From contig NC_092673.1 of NCBI RefSeq assembly GCF_964355755.1, positions 27,835,648-27,899,647 on the forward strand: a stretch of 64,000 bases of DNA, in the 5' to 3' direction. Position numbers and translations under genes: made by a program. The notes beneath the pieces are model-generated. The model did no database searches, was not told where the DNA came from, and worked only from the letters and a program-made list of their open reading frames with translations. Shown here in pieces: positions 28,801-43,800 of this stretch; position 1 is the stretch's first letter, and each line of letters starts with the position of its first letter. Source of the stretch: Antedon mediterranea. Lineage: Eukaryota; Animalia; Echinodermata.

Positions 28801-31800
28801 TTTGTAGCATGCCGCAATTTTCTCTTTTCTGATGATTTTACGGTACCAGACCATGTTTAGCTTTTGTTTTACCAGACCACGTCTAATCTCCTGATTGTCA
28901 TGTCTTATTAGGCATACGTCAATGAGCGGTGGTCAAGCTGCGATATAAGTTTATACCGAATTGACCGCTTGGTGTTTAAAAAGCTGCATACACCAACTCC
29001 ATGCAGTTTTGTTAGATAAGCTAGCACACAGAAAATGTTAATCAAAAATTGGAGCCAGAGAATAAGGTTATGATAATAATAAACTTAGCCTGGAATAACA
29101 ATACTTAGTCGATTACAATAATATTGGAATAACAGCAATTAAAGAAAACAATACTGGACCAGTATCAATATTATGATGGGTTAAATAGGACATTAATCGG
29201 TTATGATGTAACAATCAGGAATAGAATAATGATAAATGTAGATAATTAGGTCATGTTTAGACCAACAATGTTTTTTTTAATTAACACGTTTTATAATAGG
29301 CCATGGCTACACGATTAATGAGAACAGAAATAATTTGTTTAAAGTTCAAGAGTGACACGATGAATGAAATCCGATTTCACATATAAATCTTGAAACATAT
29401 CAACCAACGTCCAGGACATTAATATACTTAATGTTAAGTAACAATCAGAAGAATATGTCGGTAATACCCAGGCCTCGTGATCACTGGGATAATACATAAA
29501 TACGGTACTAAAGACAAACTGAGTTTTAAGCTCTGTCTATAATACCAAACTAGTTTGACAAAAAAGTGCGATGTACCCATGGTAGTGATATGCCCAAATA
29601 TGGTAGTGATATGACATCATGTATACATAATATGGGATGACATCATATACTTTTGTCCCATAATGTTTGATAATGTAGACAGAGCTTTACTTATCTGACT
29701 CACCCGCGTGTACACACCCCCGCCCCTCCTATATTGCCATTTGTTAATTCATTTTATATTGTATTTCTTGTATGTCGATTGTGGAAAACAAAACAGATTA
29801 ATATAATTTACCGCATGTGTACTGTTTGTCAAAGAAACTTTTTTTCTATCACTCAATTTTAAACTAATAAAGTTTGAGTATCTCCTAGTCCTTGAAAATC
29901 AAACGTTTTAAAAATATGTGATGTTTTATTGCTTTCAAGTGCGTTATCGGAATGTTTATTCTAATGTAAAGTTAATCAGTTTCTGGCAATTGTAACTTTT
30001 TCTAGTATAGCTCTGTCTGCACTATCAAACTTTATGTGACAAAAAAATGTGATGTGCCCATATATGGGCACGCTGACGTCATATCACTACCATATTTGGG
30101 CATATCACTACCATATTTAGGCATATCGACAGTGTTCGGTATACAATTCCCAATACAGTGGGCCTACTTGTGACTCAAGTCTCCGAGTGATTCTTGCGTT
30201 CTCTGGTTCCACTTTTTAGTAAATTCAATGTCATTTTGTTTCTTGGAATTCCATAATTGTTCTGGAACTAAGAGATATTGTTATGATAACTGTATATGAT
30301 TAGAGTAATCATCTAGAAATGTAAAAGGTATAATGCCCACCACGTTTAACGAAGTACAATAGACCTATATTCTAATTCAAAATCTCGAAAAAGGCCTAGG
30401 CCTATGCCAAGTGTCGCATAGAGCTGTAACTTCGCGGGCTCTGAGCTTAATGTCTGTACGCTATCCAGTGTTCTAGTCGACTTCAAAATGTTCCTATCAT
30501 GCCATTAGATAGAATACCCACTGTTTGATAAACTATTTATAATTTTCAACATCTGTTGAGACCCGAGATGGTTTGTATCCGAAATTCCTTCCTCGCTATC
30601 AGTCCATGGTCTCCTCATTTTTCTAATTTCATTGCATTGCATTTTTACCTATTACATAAACACAACATGATAACCTTTTATCAAAACTGTTTACCCGTTT
30701 GTATCCCACCTTCTAAATGTTAATAACTATTACTGGCCTTGTCGACACAGCTTCATCCTCTGCAGGAATATGCTTCCATGTGACCAGGTGTTGCCATGGA
30801 TGCCATCTTTCCCATCTTACACTGAATGGCTGAAAGTTGTGTCTTTTTAAACAACTACCTAAAGCTTGGTTCCCACTTGTACGCAGCCCAACAACGCACC
30901 CACGCCCGCAAGAAATTCGACCTATCATAAACTGTCGCTTGTGATTGACCAACTTGTCGTTGCGTTACAAACTTTAGACAGGGGTGATACAAACTGGGGT
31001 CCAAATGAAATAAAACTTGCATGGTATAGTCATATGTTCCTATTCTCGAAGGAGATGGAACGTGTCTTAGAAACGTTATTCTGACCATGGGAAACTTCTC
31101 CTTGTACTGATTAATCATATTAATATGCATAATCCACCTGTACAATCATAACACGAGCATCTAATTTTCAGAACATCCTAAACTTGGCTAGTCCCAACTT
31201 TTTTTTTTCGTGTGTGGAGTTTTTCCAAACCACCTTGGAAGCTTGCCAGTCCAATTCATGGACACTAGTTTATATTTCTTCGATACGTGTTCATATTATT
31301 AAAAGTATTGGTGATCAACAACCAATAGCCATCCCGACAGATATTTAACTAGCACTCTAAATTCATTTCCTCTGTTTTTTTAACGCGATTTAACGATTGT
31401 ACAAGACAGTTGATTGTGAAATGTGTCATTTATCTTGCACGTTATCGATAGGTATATTCTAATATCCGTAGTCGGTATAGTAGCTTATACTTTGATTTCG
31501 GTAGGGAAATAGTATAATTGGAACAGAACAAAAGAATGTATTACATTTTAACCAGTAAATGTACCCAGGAGGCTCAGTTAAATTGAGTTTTGTCTGGTCA
31601 GCAACTAAAACGGTTTTTTTGCCCTCTTATTTTATTGCTATAGACATTTAGTCTAGATGTCTTCTGTATGAGATAACTTTTTCAATTCTTTTCATCTATT
31701 TCCCAGAAAGGCATAATATACAAAAAATACACAAAAATATACAATAAACAAAATTTTAAAGATGCTATTAACACCAGTCCAGTTTGTCTTCTTCTCCGGC

Positions 31801-34800
31801 ATCAATCATCCATCAAATGTCATTCATCATCCATCATTCTCATCTTCATGTTGTCATGTTTGTTTTTCCTGTTATATTCTTCATTTATAAAGTGTCTATT
31901 TCCATGTAGGAATCACTCACCCCACATAATCATAGCGATAAGATCTGTGTATCTCTATCGAATCATACCATAATCCGCACACATCCCAGAGGATACATCA
32001 TGCGGTAACATGACAGGTGCTAAACAAGTCATCAAGAACCCAAGTGACTTACTTTCATGTGTGATAGTATAGGCGATAGGGTCTTATGACTTTTTGGCTA
32101 CCCGTTGTTGAACAACTAGAATTGTCCCAGAGTATATCAACTCCTGACGGGTACCCTAGTGACAGGTATCACCGGCCTAGCAGGATTTTGTAAACACTGC
32201 ATGTCAAGTGTGTGTCTAAATTCACGAAACTCTGATCATTTCCAGATCAGATGACATAACATGGTGTTTTTTATTGGTATTGTTTTCATATCCCTTGACG
32301 AGTATTTACAAATGGATCGAAACGTTGTGACATTACATCTAAGGTTTAGCCGCAGTATCAGTGTATTTGAGAGACACTCTATCCCTCTCAACGTGCCCTT
32401 TACGTTCGTCGATGTTTATATACGACGGTTTCGAATTATACCCCTTTGAACAATATTGGAAATGATATATATTGTGTTTCAATTTTAATTCTCGAGTTTT
32501 AAATTACTATGCGCACAGTAGATGCGCAGAGAAACGAGTGTTCCATTTTGTGTTCAGTTTGAGCCTCACTAAGTTTGAACCTCAACAAGTTTGAGCGTCA
32601 ACAAGTTTGAGCGTCAACAAGTTTGAGCGTCAACAAGTTTGAACCTCACTAAGTTTGAACCTCTAAAAGTTTGAGCCTCTAAAAGTTTGAGCCTCAACAT
32701 ATCGTTTCTGTTCTTATTTTCGTATAATGTTGGATAAGCTCCAGTATGGTAACACAAACTTGTCAAGACTTAACTATCTATAGTTAACCAATACAACTTT
32801 GTATTTCAATGTTTGCTTTTTACTACTATACTGTGGTTGTTCGTTTATGAAATGTCTATAAAAATGTTCTCTTTCTCAATTTCTCAAGTAGACTGTAGAT
32901 AATTGGGCATTGTGTTGTGTTTGGTTAGAGTAGTCTCATAATACTATAGTGTAGGCCTATTAAGATGAATGTTTGACAGCGTATAGGAAGCGGTGTCCTT
33001 TGATGTATAATTGAACATGAAATGGTTTAGTCAAAGTCAAGGTCGATGAGAAAGCAATTCATAGAACAGGGAGTTGTTATTTCTTTGCGGAGTTCTAAAC
33101 ATGGAGACTTTTGGCCGCCCATGTTTCTAATAAAACGTTGCTTCATGTTTCCAGAGAAACGTGATTGGACAATATTACAAGTAAAATAAAAATTGAAGAA
33201 CATAATAAGAGACAGACATCAATGCCCTTCATTAATGCATAGAACAACGTTTTATACGAGGTACTGTAGGCTTTCTACCGGTACTGAAAAAAAATAATGT
33301 GGCTCTTTCACTTTAGTCGGTCATAGGAAACCATTAAAGTGCTTTTGAAGTATTGGGGTGTAACATCACACCCCTTTGTTGCTTATAAGAAGTGTTCTTT
33401 TTGGAGCCACTGCTTGATTTGATCATTACTTTTGCCGAGTGAATTCCAAGGAGGGAGATTCAATCATTGATATGAAATTAATACAACATTATCGAGTTAC
33501 GAAGCGCCCCCAGTGGTTGGGTGATTGATGCTACTGTTCACCAAAATACTCCGAAATAGTCAAAGTTCTTTCTTTCGAACTGGTTTAAATTCCACACGGA
33601 GCTTTTTGTACAACCATCGCATCTTCTCTTCATTATCCTGTTAACAATGTTTCACTTTTTTACCTCGAAATCCCTAAAGAATTACTCAACAATGAGAATA
33701 GAAAAGAAAAACATTATTACAGCAATCGTGATTGATGTGTCAGGCCATGTTTCCCAGTTGGTTTATTTAACTAGGCGGAACGGTTACAATTATCGCCCAG
33801 AAATATCGATGTGTCAGTGGGGCAAACCTTAGAGGATCGTATGAGACTCATGCTTTTAACTACCGTTGATCCGATCTTGAAAATTTATTGGGCCTATTAG
33901 TTGTTTTCTCTACTAATTGAGTATATAAACGTATACTTAGCGCTACGATTGGTATTTTTGTAGGTGATTGAATCATTTAAGGGTGAAATTTGTTTAATTT
34001 GGGACTTAATGAGAAAATATACATTGAGGAAATTTCTAATTTTAATAGTTTCCTTTCAGATCACGTTTGAAACCTTTTTTAAGGCATCTTCACCAAGGTC
34101 AAAGGTCAACAATGCAACATTTTCCAACATAATGGAGCATATTTATTTTGCTTCTCACTTTAATTATAAACAAATGTAAGGGCCTATTCAGAATTAGTTA
34201 TTTACCCGGATAAGTTGCTGATCTATACCCACCAAAGTTAGCGATAATATATCGGCATACGAAACCAACTTACCCATGTAAATGAACTAATCCGTTTACA
34301 TCTGGTACTTTTAGGGTTAACGTTCGTAAGAACACAACCCTATATCCCAACGTTACTGATACAATTTCGATACTATTTTGAGGTTGAACTAATTGATGTT
34401 ATCAGGATTATCATCTCTGAGAGTAGGCCTAAGCGCCTCTGGGCACTATTTACAAAAGCGTCACTTTGTTCGTAATATTGAAAATAATTCTCTGTTCTCA
34501 AATACCAATAATAATAATTAATTGCACCCTGTGGTATATAGAAATATAATATTGAGCGAATATTTTTGTAGTGTCCAATTTTTATAATCAAACATACCGA
34601 CCATACCGCGGCTCATAATATACAAACCAGGGTACAGTATTAATATTTATCATAACTGTAACCTCTATATTCTCCAATTATTAATTACACCCTATGGTAT
34701 ACATGATACACTATTCATAAATAATCAGCCGACATTAGGGACTCATAACCATACAAATCGTTGGCATATTACACTGTAGTGCCACCCATGTAGGCTATTC

Positions 34801-37800
34801 GTTTTAAGTAGACATAATATACTAGCTTCATAGAGCGTGTGAACAAAACTTTAATAATTCAACGCAAGTCGCAACGTAATTGTTTTTACGTTGCGCCCAA
34901 AAGAGTTATCCATAAGCAATGATAGAAACGTTTCATCTGTGGTCCTGCAGTTTCAATCCAGTCCTAGACCTACTGGTTTGCCTCTTTTTGGCGGCGTGTT
35001 AAATGTTAGCTTTGCTTTGATCCTGGTTAATCCTTTACAAGATAGTGGCCCAAGTTGGATTAATTTTGCGACACCAGGGCGCGCTGATCTATTGCGCATA
35101 ACTAGGCCTATTCATTAAAACAATACAAACATAGACCCAATTATTGACCATGTCTGTGGGCTAGGCCATTGGAATTGAATCTTGTTTACTTCAAAGTGTT
35201 GTGTCCATAATTTAGATGGTCAGATAGGCCACTCTGTCGGAAACTACTAAGAAATGACGTCGCTGGTCAAATGAAGATAAAAATACATGTAATCATTTAA
35301 GCTGTTTTCACACCTAACTTGCTATAAGAATTCCCCCGCGGACACATTGTTGTTTTAAGCAATGGGGACCGTTGATTGGTGTACATATATAAATACAAAC
35401 GGACTGGCTGTACGCAGCTGTGAGGAGGTATGTTACATCGCACTTTGCGTAACAAACGTATAGCGACATAAAAAAACAAGGCAAACAGCCATAAGTCGTG
35501 TGCTAAAACGCATAGTGATACCGGACCGACAGACAGACCGACCGACCGACATAATGAACTATAGAGTCGCGTCCACGCGACTAAAACGGAATTGTATTGC
35601 CTACAATAGGACCCCTATTTAGGGGACACCATCACCCCCAACAGATTTTCCCATTAATACATAATGATAGTAGTGTCTTATGAATAGGGGTTGGTCGTAG
35701 CGTTAAATGTTCCCTGTTTCTTAAAGACCATTTCTTAAAGACGGTTTCTTATACTGAAATACCGTCAGTGTAAAGATATGGCATAATATTCATAGCAATA
35801 AAAGGGAACAGTTTGTACTGTACATGCAATTACGCATCAATTCATATCATGGATACGCATTTTATCTATGTTCATATTAATTAAGTTTCGATCAATATCT
35901 TTAACAGAAAGTTCTACTAAACTGTTTACGATGGAATATCTGTGCATCTATAAATACAAATAATTCTGTTAGTGTCGCTTTACTGATTTAACCGCCTTTA
36001 GTAGGCCTAAGTATTTGTGTCTTGCGCGTTAGTGGATGAATTACGATGCTCTTTGTCGGCATTTTATGCGTAGGCCATACATTGTATATAGAATAGCATA
36101 TAGCATTTCATATAGGCTTGTAAAATAAAATCAATTTTTAAATTTCTTTAATATTTCACACATTTCAAACGTGACGCAGTGTCGTATCGAGAAGCGGGTT
36201 TAACGAAGTTGTCTGAAAACTGAATGACTCATCATTTTAGTCTCTTCTAATATTCGACATATTTTCGTTTGCGGCGGCTGAAATTAGTATTGCACCGTTT
36301 TTATTGACACTTATTTTGAGAACTGTATTGACTTGTGTACACACTTGCACCTTTGCTCGTCTGTTTAATCTTCTTAACTGTTTGTTATGGTTAAAGCAGA
36401 CGAGAATTTTAATGTATAAACAAAGAAATTTGTGTCTAGTTTAAGGTTTAGTTTAACTTGACAATATTTCTAGGGAATAAACATCATGTATATATTTATA
36501 CGCCTATACCGTAATAGTTAAATTGGTTTTCGAGCGATAACATGCTACTGCTTTCGGCACATTGAAGGTTGACATCACTAGTGATGGCCTAGGAGGCCTA
36601 CACCACCCTACTCTAATCATAAAGTTTTCAACATTTATGAAAGTGACGCCTTTAAATACGTTATAATAAAAAAAAAATGAGTAGGCCTAAATAATATTCG
36701 TTAGTGGTTGGAAATATTTTATAATAAAAAAATGAGTAGGCCTAAATAATATTCGTTAGTGGTTGGAAATATGTTATAATAAACAGTAAAAATGTTAAGC
36801 TCGGACGTCTCCTTTAAGAGTATGTTTTATCAAAATACAGTAACTGCTTTATTAGGGTAGGTGGCCTATTGGAAAATGACTAATGTACATTCCGTTTGAT
36901 CTTATTTGTAGGAGACATGTATGCAGTAACGCAGATGAACACCAAAAACCTAGAATGATCATCGAATCGTATTACCAACCAGTATTCAAGCCGTATCTCT
37001 CAATATGCAGTGACGGATATTCAAGGTGTACACGTTACAGGTAAAGGGTAGTTCCTTTTTATTCTATTCAACATACTTTAATGTGCTGTGCCTCCCGGCC
37101 CATTGGCGCGCTCGCGTAAGGAAGTATCCCAGTATAAAACTTATTGGAAAAGTAAGTACAGCGGCAGATAAAGTTCCGCAATTATCGTTTAGCGTAGGTG
37201 GGTGACACTTTAAATCTAGGATTAAAATGTATAGCGTTTCTTAGAACATTGTAGGATGTGAAAAATGAGGATTCAGCCGTAAAGTTCAAGTGACTCAATA
37301 GCATCATAATCGTTTTATTGCAAGTTTGACATACGTCGGTACGCCGCGTCGCGTTTAATGTCACGAACGCGATGCTTGTCAATTTCATGCTCGTTTGATT
37401 GTTATTTACTACCAGCAGTCTCTGTCTGCTTCGCATCATCTTTGACTTGTGCCAAATATTTTAATGTCGATTGTATTCTTCTACTAAAGCTAGATAGCCA
37501 CTGCGTACACACAGCGTAATTTAAAATCGGATGAATTAGCCGATTATCGGTACTCAATCTGGATGTGACCAGGATCAGGCACATTCCTTGATGTTCAAGA
37601 AGTGACGCCTGTATATCGGAGACCCTAACCTAACGGGCTCTGTATACACATGAGATGCTGTGTTTTTCCTTTCATACTCGACAAATTGTCAAATTAACCT
37701 GCAACAATCCTAATCGATCGTGTGCCTCAAAACACGGATTTTGCAGAAAATAACATACACAATAATCGGACCCTTTGTCTCAAATGATTGAGGGACAGAC

Positions 37801-40800
37801 ACCACCTCCCAAGGACATTTTCCATTCCAATTCTACCCTGGAAAACATTCTATATCCACCCTAAAAATTCTTTTGTAGAGCTCAATTCAGAGAGGTCAAC
37901 AAATAGTAATAATTTCTGTATGAAATTTCTCTTAGAACTTAGTCATTGCCCTCGAGTTGAAACAAAGACTAATTACCGTATCTAAATTGAATGATCACAT
38001 AATGTTCTGATTCACTCATGATGATGACAATTGTTTGAGGTCAATGACGTTGATGTGCTGACCTTATTCAGGTTCAAAATTATATTCTATAACATGCATT
38101 CCTGTAAAACCAGACATTTTCACAAATCCGGAGAGGTTGGTTTAACCGCGGAGGACGAATTTCCAACATAGGCCTAACATTTGTGAGGGCGCAATTCTTA
38201 AATTACTATCTCTGGCATATACTTTTTCCAAATTTTGAATAGACCTATTGGAATGTATAGTCAGGTTCCAGACAACGATTCGGCTTAATATTGGTATAAA
38301 GATCAATACTTTGCGTTTCATACGTATAATACTTTAGCTTGGATCTAGTTTACAGACGAGACGAAATCAAAACAGCGGACTGCTGGACAACAACATAAAA
38401 AAGACATGGAGACTTGGGGAAGTCTAATGGGGATAAAACCATGAATATATCTAGGCTATAGCTCCATGATGGAACAGGTTTTTCATAAAAGCAATTTTAT
38501 AAAAATAATGTGTATTATTATACTAACTAACTATATTGAAGAATACACATTTCTTATAGGAGCATTAAAATCCATCATTTTCTACCGTTTATTTTTGTTT
38601 TGTAAATAATACAGACACCATCCCAATAAATCAGTACATTATTTGTAACCTATTATAATATATCTAATTGGATGACAGTTGGTTTGTATGTATTATACTG
38701 TCAGTACAGGTCAATCGACACGTGTTACAAATTTACTTATTGAAAAACGTGAATCAAAACAAATGCTCTCGTAAATGTTTCAAGAGCGCTGAATTGAAAT
38801 ATAGATGTGATAACACAAGCAAGCGATGTGTGGTATTTTCACAACCCTGAGTCTGAGGTTCACAAAAAAGTCCATATCATGCATAAATAAGTAGGCTAGG
38901 TAGGCCCTATAATAAATAAAAGTGTACAATACCTTTTAGCTGTACCGTCTAATCTGATTTTTAAGAGTATTTATTTATTTAACGTTTGGCAAATAGCTCA
39001 AGAGAAAACCATGGGCCAATGGCCCATCACAGAGATGGGTACCTCTTGAAACAATATATTATAAACATTTTTAAATATATAAAAAAAAAAAACAGAAAAA
39101 ACTGGACATTAAAATTAACAAGAAACAAGGCCACATGGCTGCAGTCGCGTGCTCAAATTTGAGTTAGTGTTTACCGACCAACCGACCGACCATTTGACCA
39201 ACCGTCACATCATAATAAATTAAAATTAATTAAAATTAGCAACACATTTTTTTATTCTATTTTACTCAGACATTAAGGTGTGTCTTCCAGGCATCTATTG
39301 GCCCGATATTTTACCCAAGCTTTTATTGCGTTTCCTAGCTATTGGATCCAGTTAGAAAGAAGCTTGTTTAAAAAACTTTAAGTTGACAGTCGTACGGTAA
39401 TTTTTAAGTCAGTTTGGCCCATAAAACTATTAAACTGATAGTATAGATATAATAATGTAGGCCACATTGGGCATTTGTAATTGGAAAAGCGCTAATTAAA
39501 ATGTCGGTAAGCCTAAATAATCTGAATAAAACAAACATCACGATCATTATCCCAGAGTAAATACTGACGTACTTTTGGTTGGTGAAAGTAGTAAATCCTG
39601 CCTTGTTGATCTCTTTGACCCGTATCAATACAAGAAGATGTTAAGATTGATAAGGCGTCTACCGCCAAGTAGTTAGAATCACCTCAGGCGTCGACTATTC
39701 TGTTCAATTATCAAGTACAGTAAGTTAAACCACGTGCTGGGTTCAAGTTCGGGACCAAAGTACTGTGATACCGCAGATTAAATAATGATTCAAATTCTAT
39801 ATATTTTCTAATCATTATGAATCATTGAATTGTATATAGGCGCTAATTATAGTAGCACGTATTAGAAAATAAAGTTGGATGACTTTTAGAACGTAAATTC
39901 CAAATGACCTCAGATGACACAGAGTCTATTGTGACGGTGACTTTACCACAACTGCTGCGCGCCATTGTTAACGTCTGTCGTCACCAGTTGTATTTGTTAA
40001 TTTCGCTGTAATTGGTCATCGGTTGATGACAAGTTGCTGAGTGATATGATTCGTTAAAAACACTGTTTACATCAATTACGATGTCAATTTTAATCAATTT
40101 CAGTGTTTAACAAACGTCGTGTTTCCATCAATCGTTATAGCAGCGGCCTCTAGGGCATATAGGTTTGTTCCTACTAGAAAATAACGTAATGACGTAGTAT
40201 TTGCGCAACGCAAGTCAAATCGCTTAAACTTGGTTCCCACTAGAACGTAACGGAAGTACGCAAACGCAACGCAAGCGTGTTAACCAATGACAAGCGACAG
40301 TTCGAATAATCCATCGTTTGTGATTGGTCAATTGACTTACGTTGCGTTACGTCCTTGTGTTGTGTCTCTAGTGGGAACCAAGCATTACGTTGCACATACG
40401 TCATTACATTTGCGTCATATTGAGAAACAAGTTTAATGCTTGGTTACAACTACAGACGCAACACAATGACGTAACGCAGTGTAAGTGCTTTGAGCAATCA
40501 CAAACGATGGGTTATCCGAAAATTCACTGTACTGTAAAAATCCTACCACGGGTTATTATTGACCTGATTATTTCCATGAATGTTGAATAAAATATAAATT
40601 GTAGGTTTACTAATAAAATTGTTTGTTTATATTCTTCTGTACCGATGTCTAGGGCTGTATATCATGTAGCCTATCGAACACGATACTCAAAACCTACACA
40701 AACAAAGAAAATAATGTGCTGCCCTGGATGGAAATTAGCACACAAATATGCTACGTCATGCACAGATCGTAAGTTTTGATGACGTTTATGTCAATTTATT

Positions 40801-43800
40801 TGTCAGAATCTTAATGATATAATTATAGACAAACGATGAACTAAAGCTCTGTCTACACTATTAAATTAGTTTGATGATAACAAAAAGTTTTACATGCTCA
40901 AATATGGTAGTGATATGCCCAAACATGACATTATCATGTTTATATATGGGCACATCACATTTTTGTCGCATAAAGTATGAGTGTACACTCTTCAAATTCA
41001 CGTGTCATCCCTCACCAATTTTTTTATTTGCATGATTTTTTTAAAAGAAATTGTCATATAGGCATATTCTGTAAAAACAAAATATTGAATCTTATTAAAT
41101 CCCAATCGTTAAAATTATCGTAATTTTTTAGTTTGTCGATACTACTAAACCAAACGTACCAAAACATGATCATTATTTTCAGTTCATGGATAAAATAAAC
41201 TGATATGCAATACTATTATTGAGCCACAATAAGCTAATATAAAATTCCGGACGTTTAGATGACGTTTGTTTCAAATCCAATTGTCAGAAATTATAAGTAC
41301 ATGTAATGATATAATGACAGACAAAATTAAAGATGACTTTTGAAAAGCACTTTGAATAGGCCGATGTGTCACAGGAAATATAAGGTAAACGACTTTACGT
41401 GTCCCCCTAAGGTGTCCCTCTAAGGTGTAGGCCTACCCGTATACTGTACCGTAATTCAGATGTTTTAATTTGTTGAACAAGCGATCCACTAAACGACTCT
41501 CAAATGCGTCAAATTTAGGCCAGGCCTAAGCAGACAACAAACACGAAATGCATTTGTTAGAAAAAGAAACTTTTCCAATATATTATTACTAATCCAGACT
41601 GTCTCAGTCTGGCTTTTGTAGATATGCACGTGATAACGAAAGTATTCCGTTTATATTATTCGTCTTTTAGCTGTCTGTTCGTCAAAGTGTATTAATGGCG
41701 GGAAATGTGTCTCACCCGGAACATGTGGTTGCCAGTCGGGTTGGACAGGAGAGTTTTGTGAAAAAGGTTTGTAGTTATAAGCATGTAATATTATGCAATT
41801 TGGTGTATATTAATCAGACTTTTGCTATTTCGAATACGTTAGTTGTAATGCGTTCGTGAAACACAAGTTATGTTTTTTTTTACCATATTTAATGAGGGTG
41901 ATCCATCCAGCAATTAATGGTCATTTGTGACCCTCAGTTAGAGGGTAAAGCATCTTTCCTAAGGATGCAATCAGTTTATCATCAGTCCAAAGTATATTTT
42001 ACTGTAAAAAACTCAGAAAAAAACTAGGAATTGAATTTTCAGATATTTCCCTGAATATTATCAAGGTACTTTTAATAAAAGATAAATCTAATTTCAACAC
42101 TGATGCTGCATGAATGCAATTGATGGCAAACAGATGCAAAACATCTCCTAATTTAGACAAATTCCATGTTTCAATTAAATGGTTCGGGGATTTCAAAACC
42201 ATTCCGAATAACAGTAAATTTCTCAATCCATTAACTTAATGTTTTATGTCTGTTGTAAATTTTGATAATTATCTTGAGGGCATTTACCCCAAAACAGTAG
42301 GTAACATGTAGTCCTCTGTGAATTATATTCTTGTTGTTTTCGTCTAATTATTCATGACTTTCTAATCTACGTTAAATATTCTCTGTAATAAAGTCGATCT
42401 TTGCTAATTGATATTGACATAACGATTGGGCGTGACTACGTCATCAGTAGGCCTCGGTATGATAAGATGAGTAATTTCATCCTCTTAGAGGGCATAACAT
42501 TTTGCCTACCGGTTTCTTCTTTCTCTCCCAACATTTCTATATGTAGGCCTAGATACACTCTAGAGACACTACTTTTAGTGCGACAATGCATAATGTTAAC
42601 CAAAATGTTTCGGGAATAGTGAGAGCTCCCTTTGACTAAAATCTAATCTGTAAGCATATTCGAATAATGTGTTATGTGTTCATAGGCATAGGCATGTTTA
42701 AGTTCTCAAATCCACTGTAAAAATGAAGTTTTGTAAAATATGTAACATAGAGGGCGTTGACATCAGAAAAACCAGGGTAGTGGAACTGAAGAAACCATTC
42801 AATATTATTCCATCTTCGCATATTTATTTTTATTTAATTCCAGATATCAACGAATGCAACACAAATTACCATGGCTGCAGTCAACTGTGTAAGAACACCA
42901 ACGGAAGTTATTCTTGCGGTTGTAATCAAGGTTATAAACTTTCCACAGACGGCAAAAGTTGTGAAGGTAGGCCTAGTGACGTTTTTCGTCTTTATAAAAA
43001 TGTTACTTTACATTAAATAGTAGAACACCTCAACACATCCGAAACACTTTTGTTTAGATAATTTAGCAAAATCTTTCTCCTTTTTTGCAGTTTGTTTGAT
43101 GTGTCATCCCGAATTTGAGTTTTTGATGGTCAGGGTCGAACTTCTTGAAACGGTAACACTTTTTTTTATTTAGGACCTACATGTTATAATATACTCTTTC
43201 CAAACCACTTGCAAATATAAATGCTAGGCCTATTTAGGATTCTGATGTTTTTCATTGAGAGCCACTGATGTTGTATCCTTACTATCTATCTAAGGATCGT
43301 TGTATTGCTACCGTACTGTACATTCTGAGTCACCAGACATTTTTTCCTAGTAGTACGGTAGATAATAAAGTTTAAAACATAGTGTATTTGACTAATTAGT
43401 TTGGTTATTTATGAATTTCAGGAGGTTAAAGAATTAAGAACATTTCTTAAAAACAAGACACTTTTTGAAACAACAACGAAATCGTCATCAGAGCCACCGA
43501 AGAATGTATTTCCAGTTAATCAGATTATTAATGATGGTCATATATCACAGATTGAAATCATTCCATCATTGAGTGAACAAGTGTCACTTTTAGAGGAAAA
43601 ACTAGCATATTGTAAGTTCCATTTGTATGAATCGTCTGCATGGTTCTGGCGGAAGAACAAGTCTTCGCGGATAAAGACTATAAACCGTTGCTCCAGTGTA
43701 CACATCTGGCTCATGTGCACTTTTAAGAACTTAGTACATCTTTCGAGACGAGTATGGGGTTACCCCAGTGTACAAGTTTATACACTTACCCACTGTCGTA

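Noticed and set aside
18782-32698. Short regular repeat arrays as CRISPR-like loci
   Set aside because: The units are head-to-tail with no unique spacers, the context is eukaryotic and there are no cas genes. They are ordinary minisatellites.
36287-36300. TATTGCAC miR-92-family seed
   Set aside because: There is no compatible precursor hairpin, and the downstream sequence does not resemble miR-92.
43303-43367. Intronic hairpin TATTGCTACCGTACTG...TAGTACGGTAGATAATA as a miR-126 counterpart
   Set aside because: It has no miR-126 seed and a large loop. Its arms equal the TACCGTACT/AGTACGGTA termini of the mariner-type MITE at 10572-11225, so a chance match or TE remnant is more likely.
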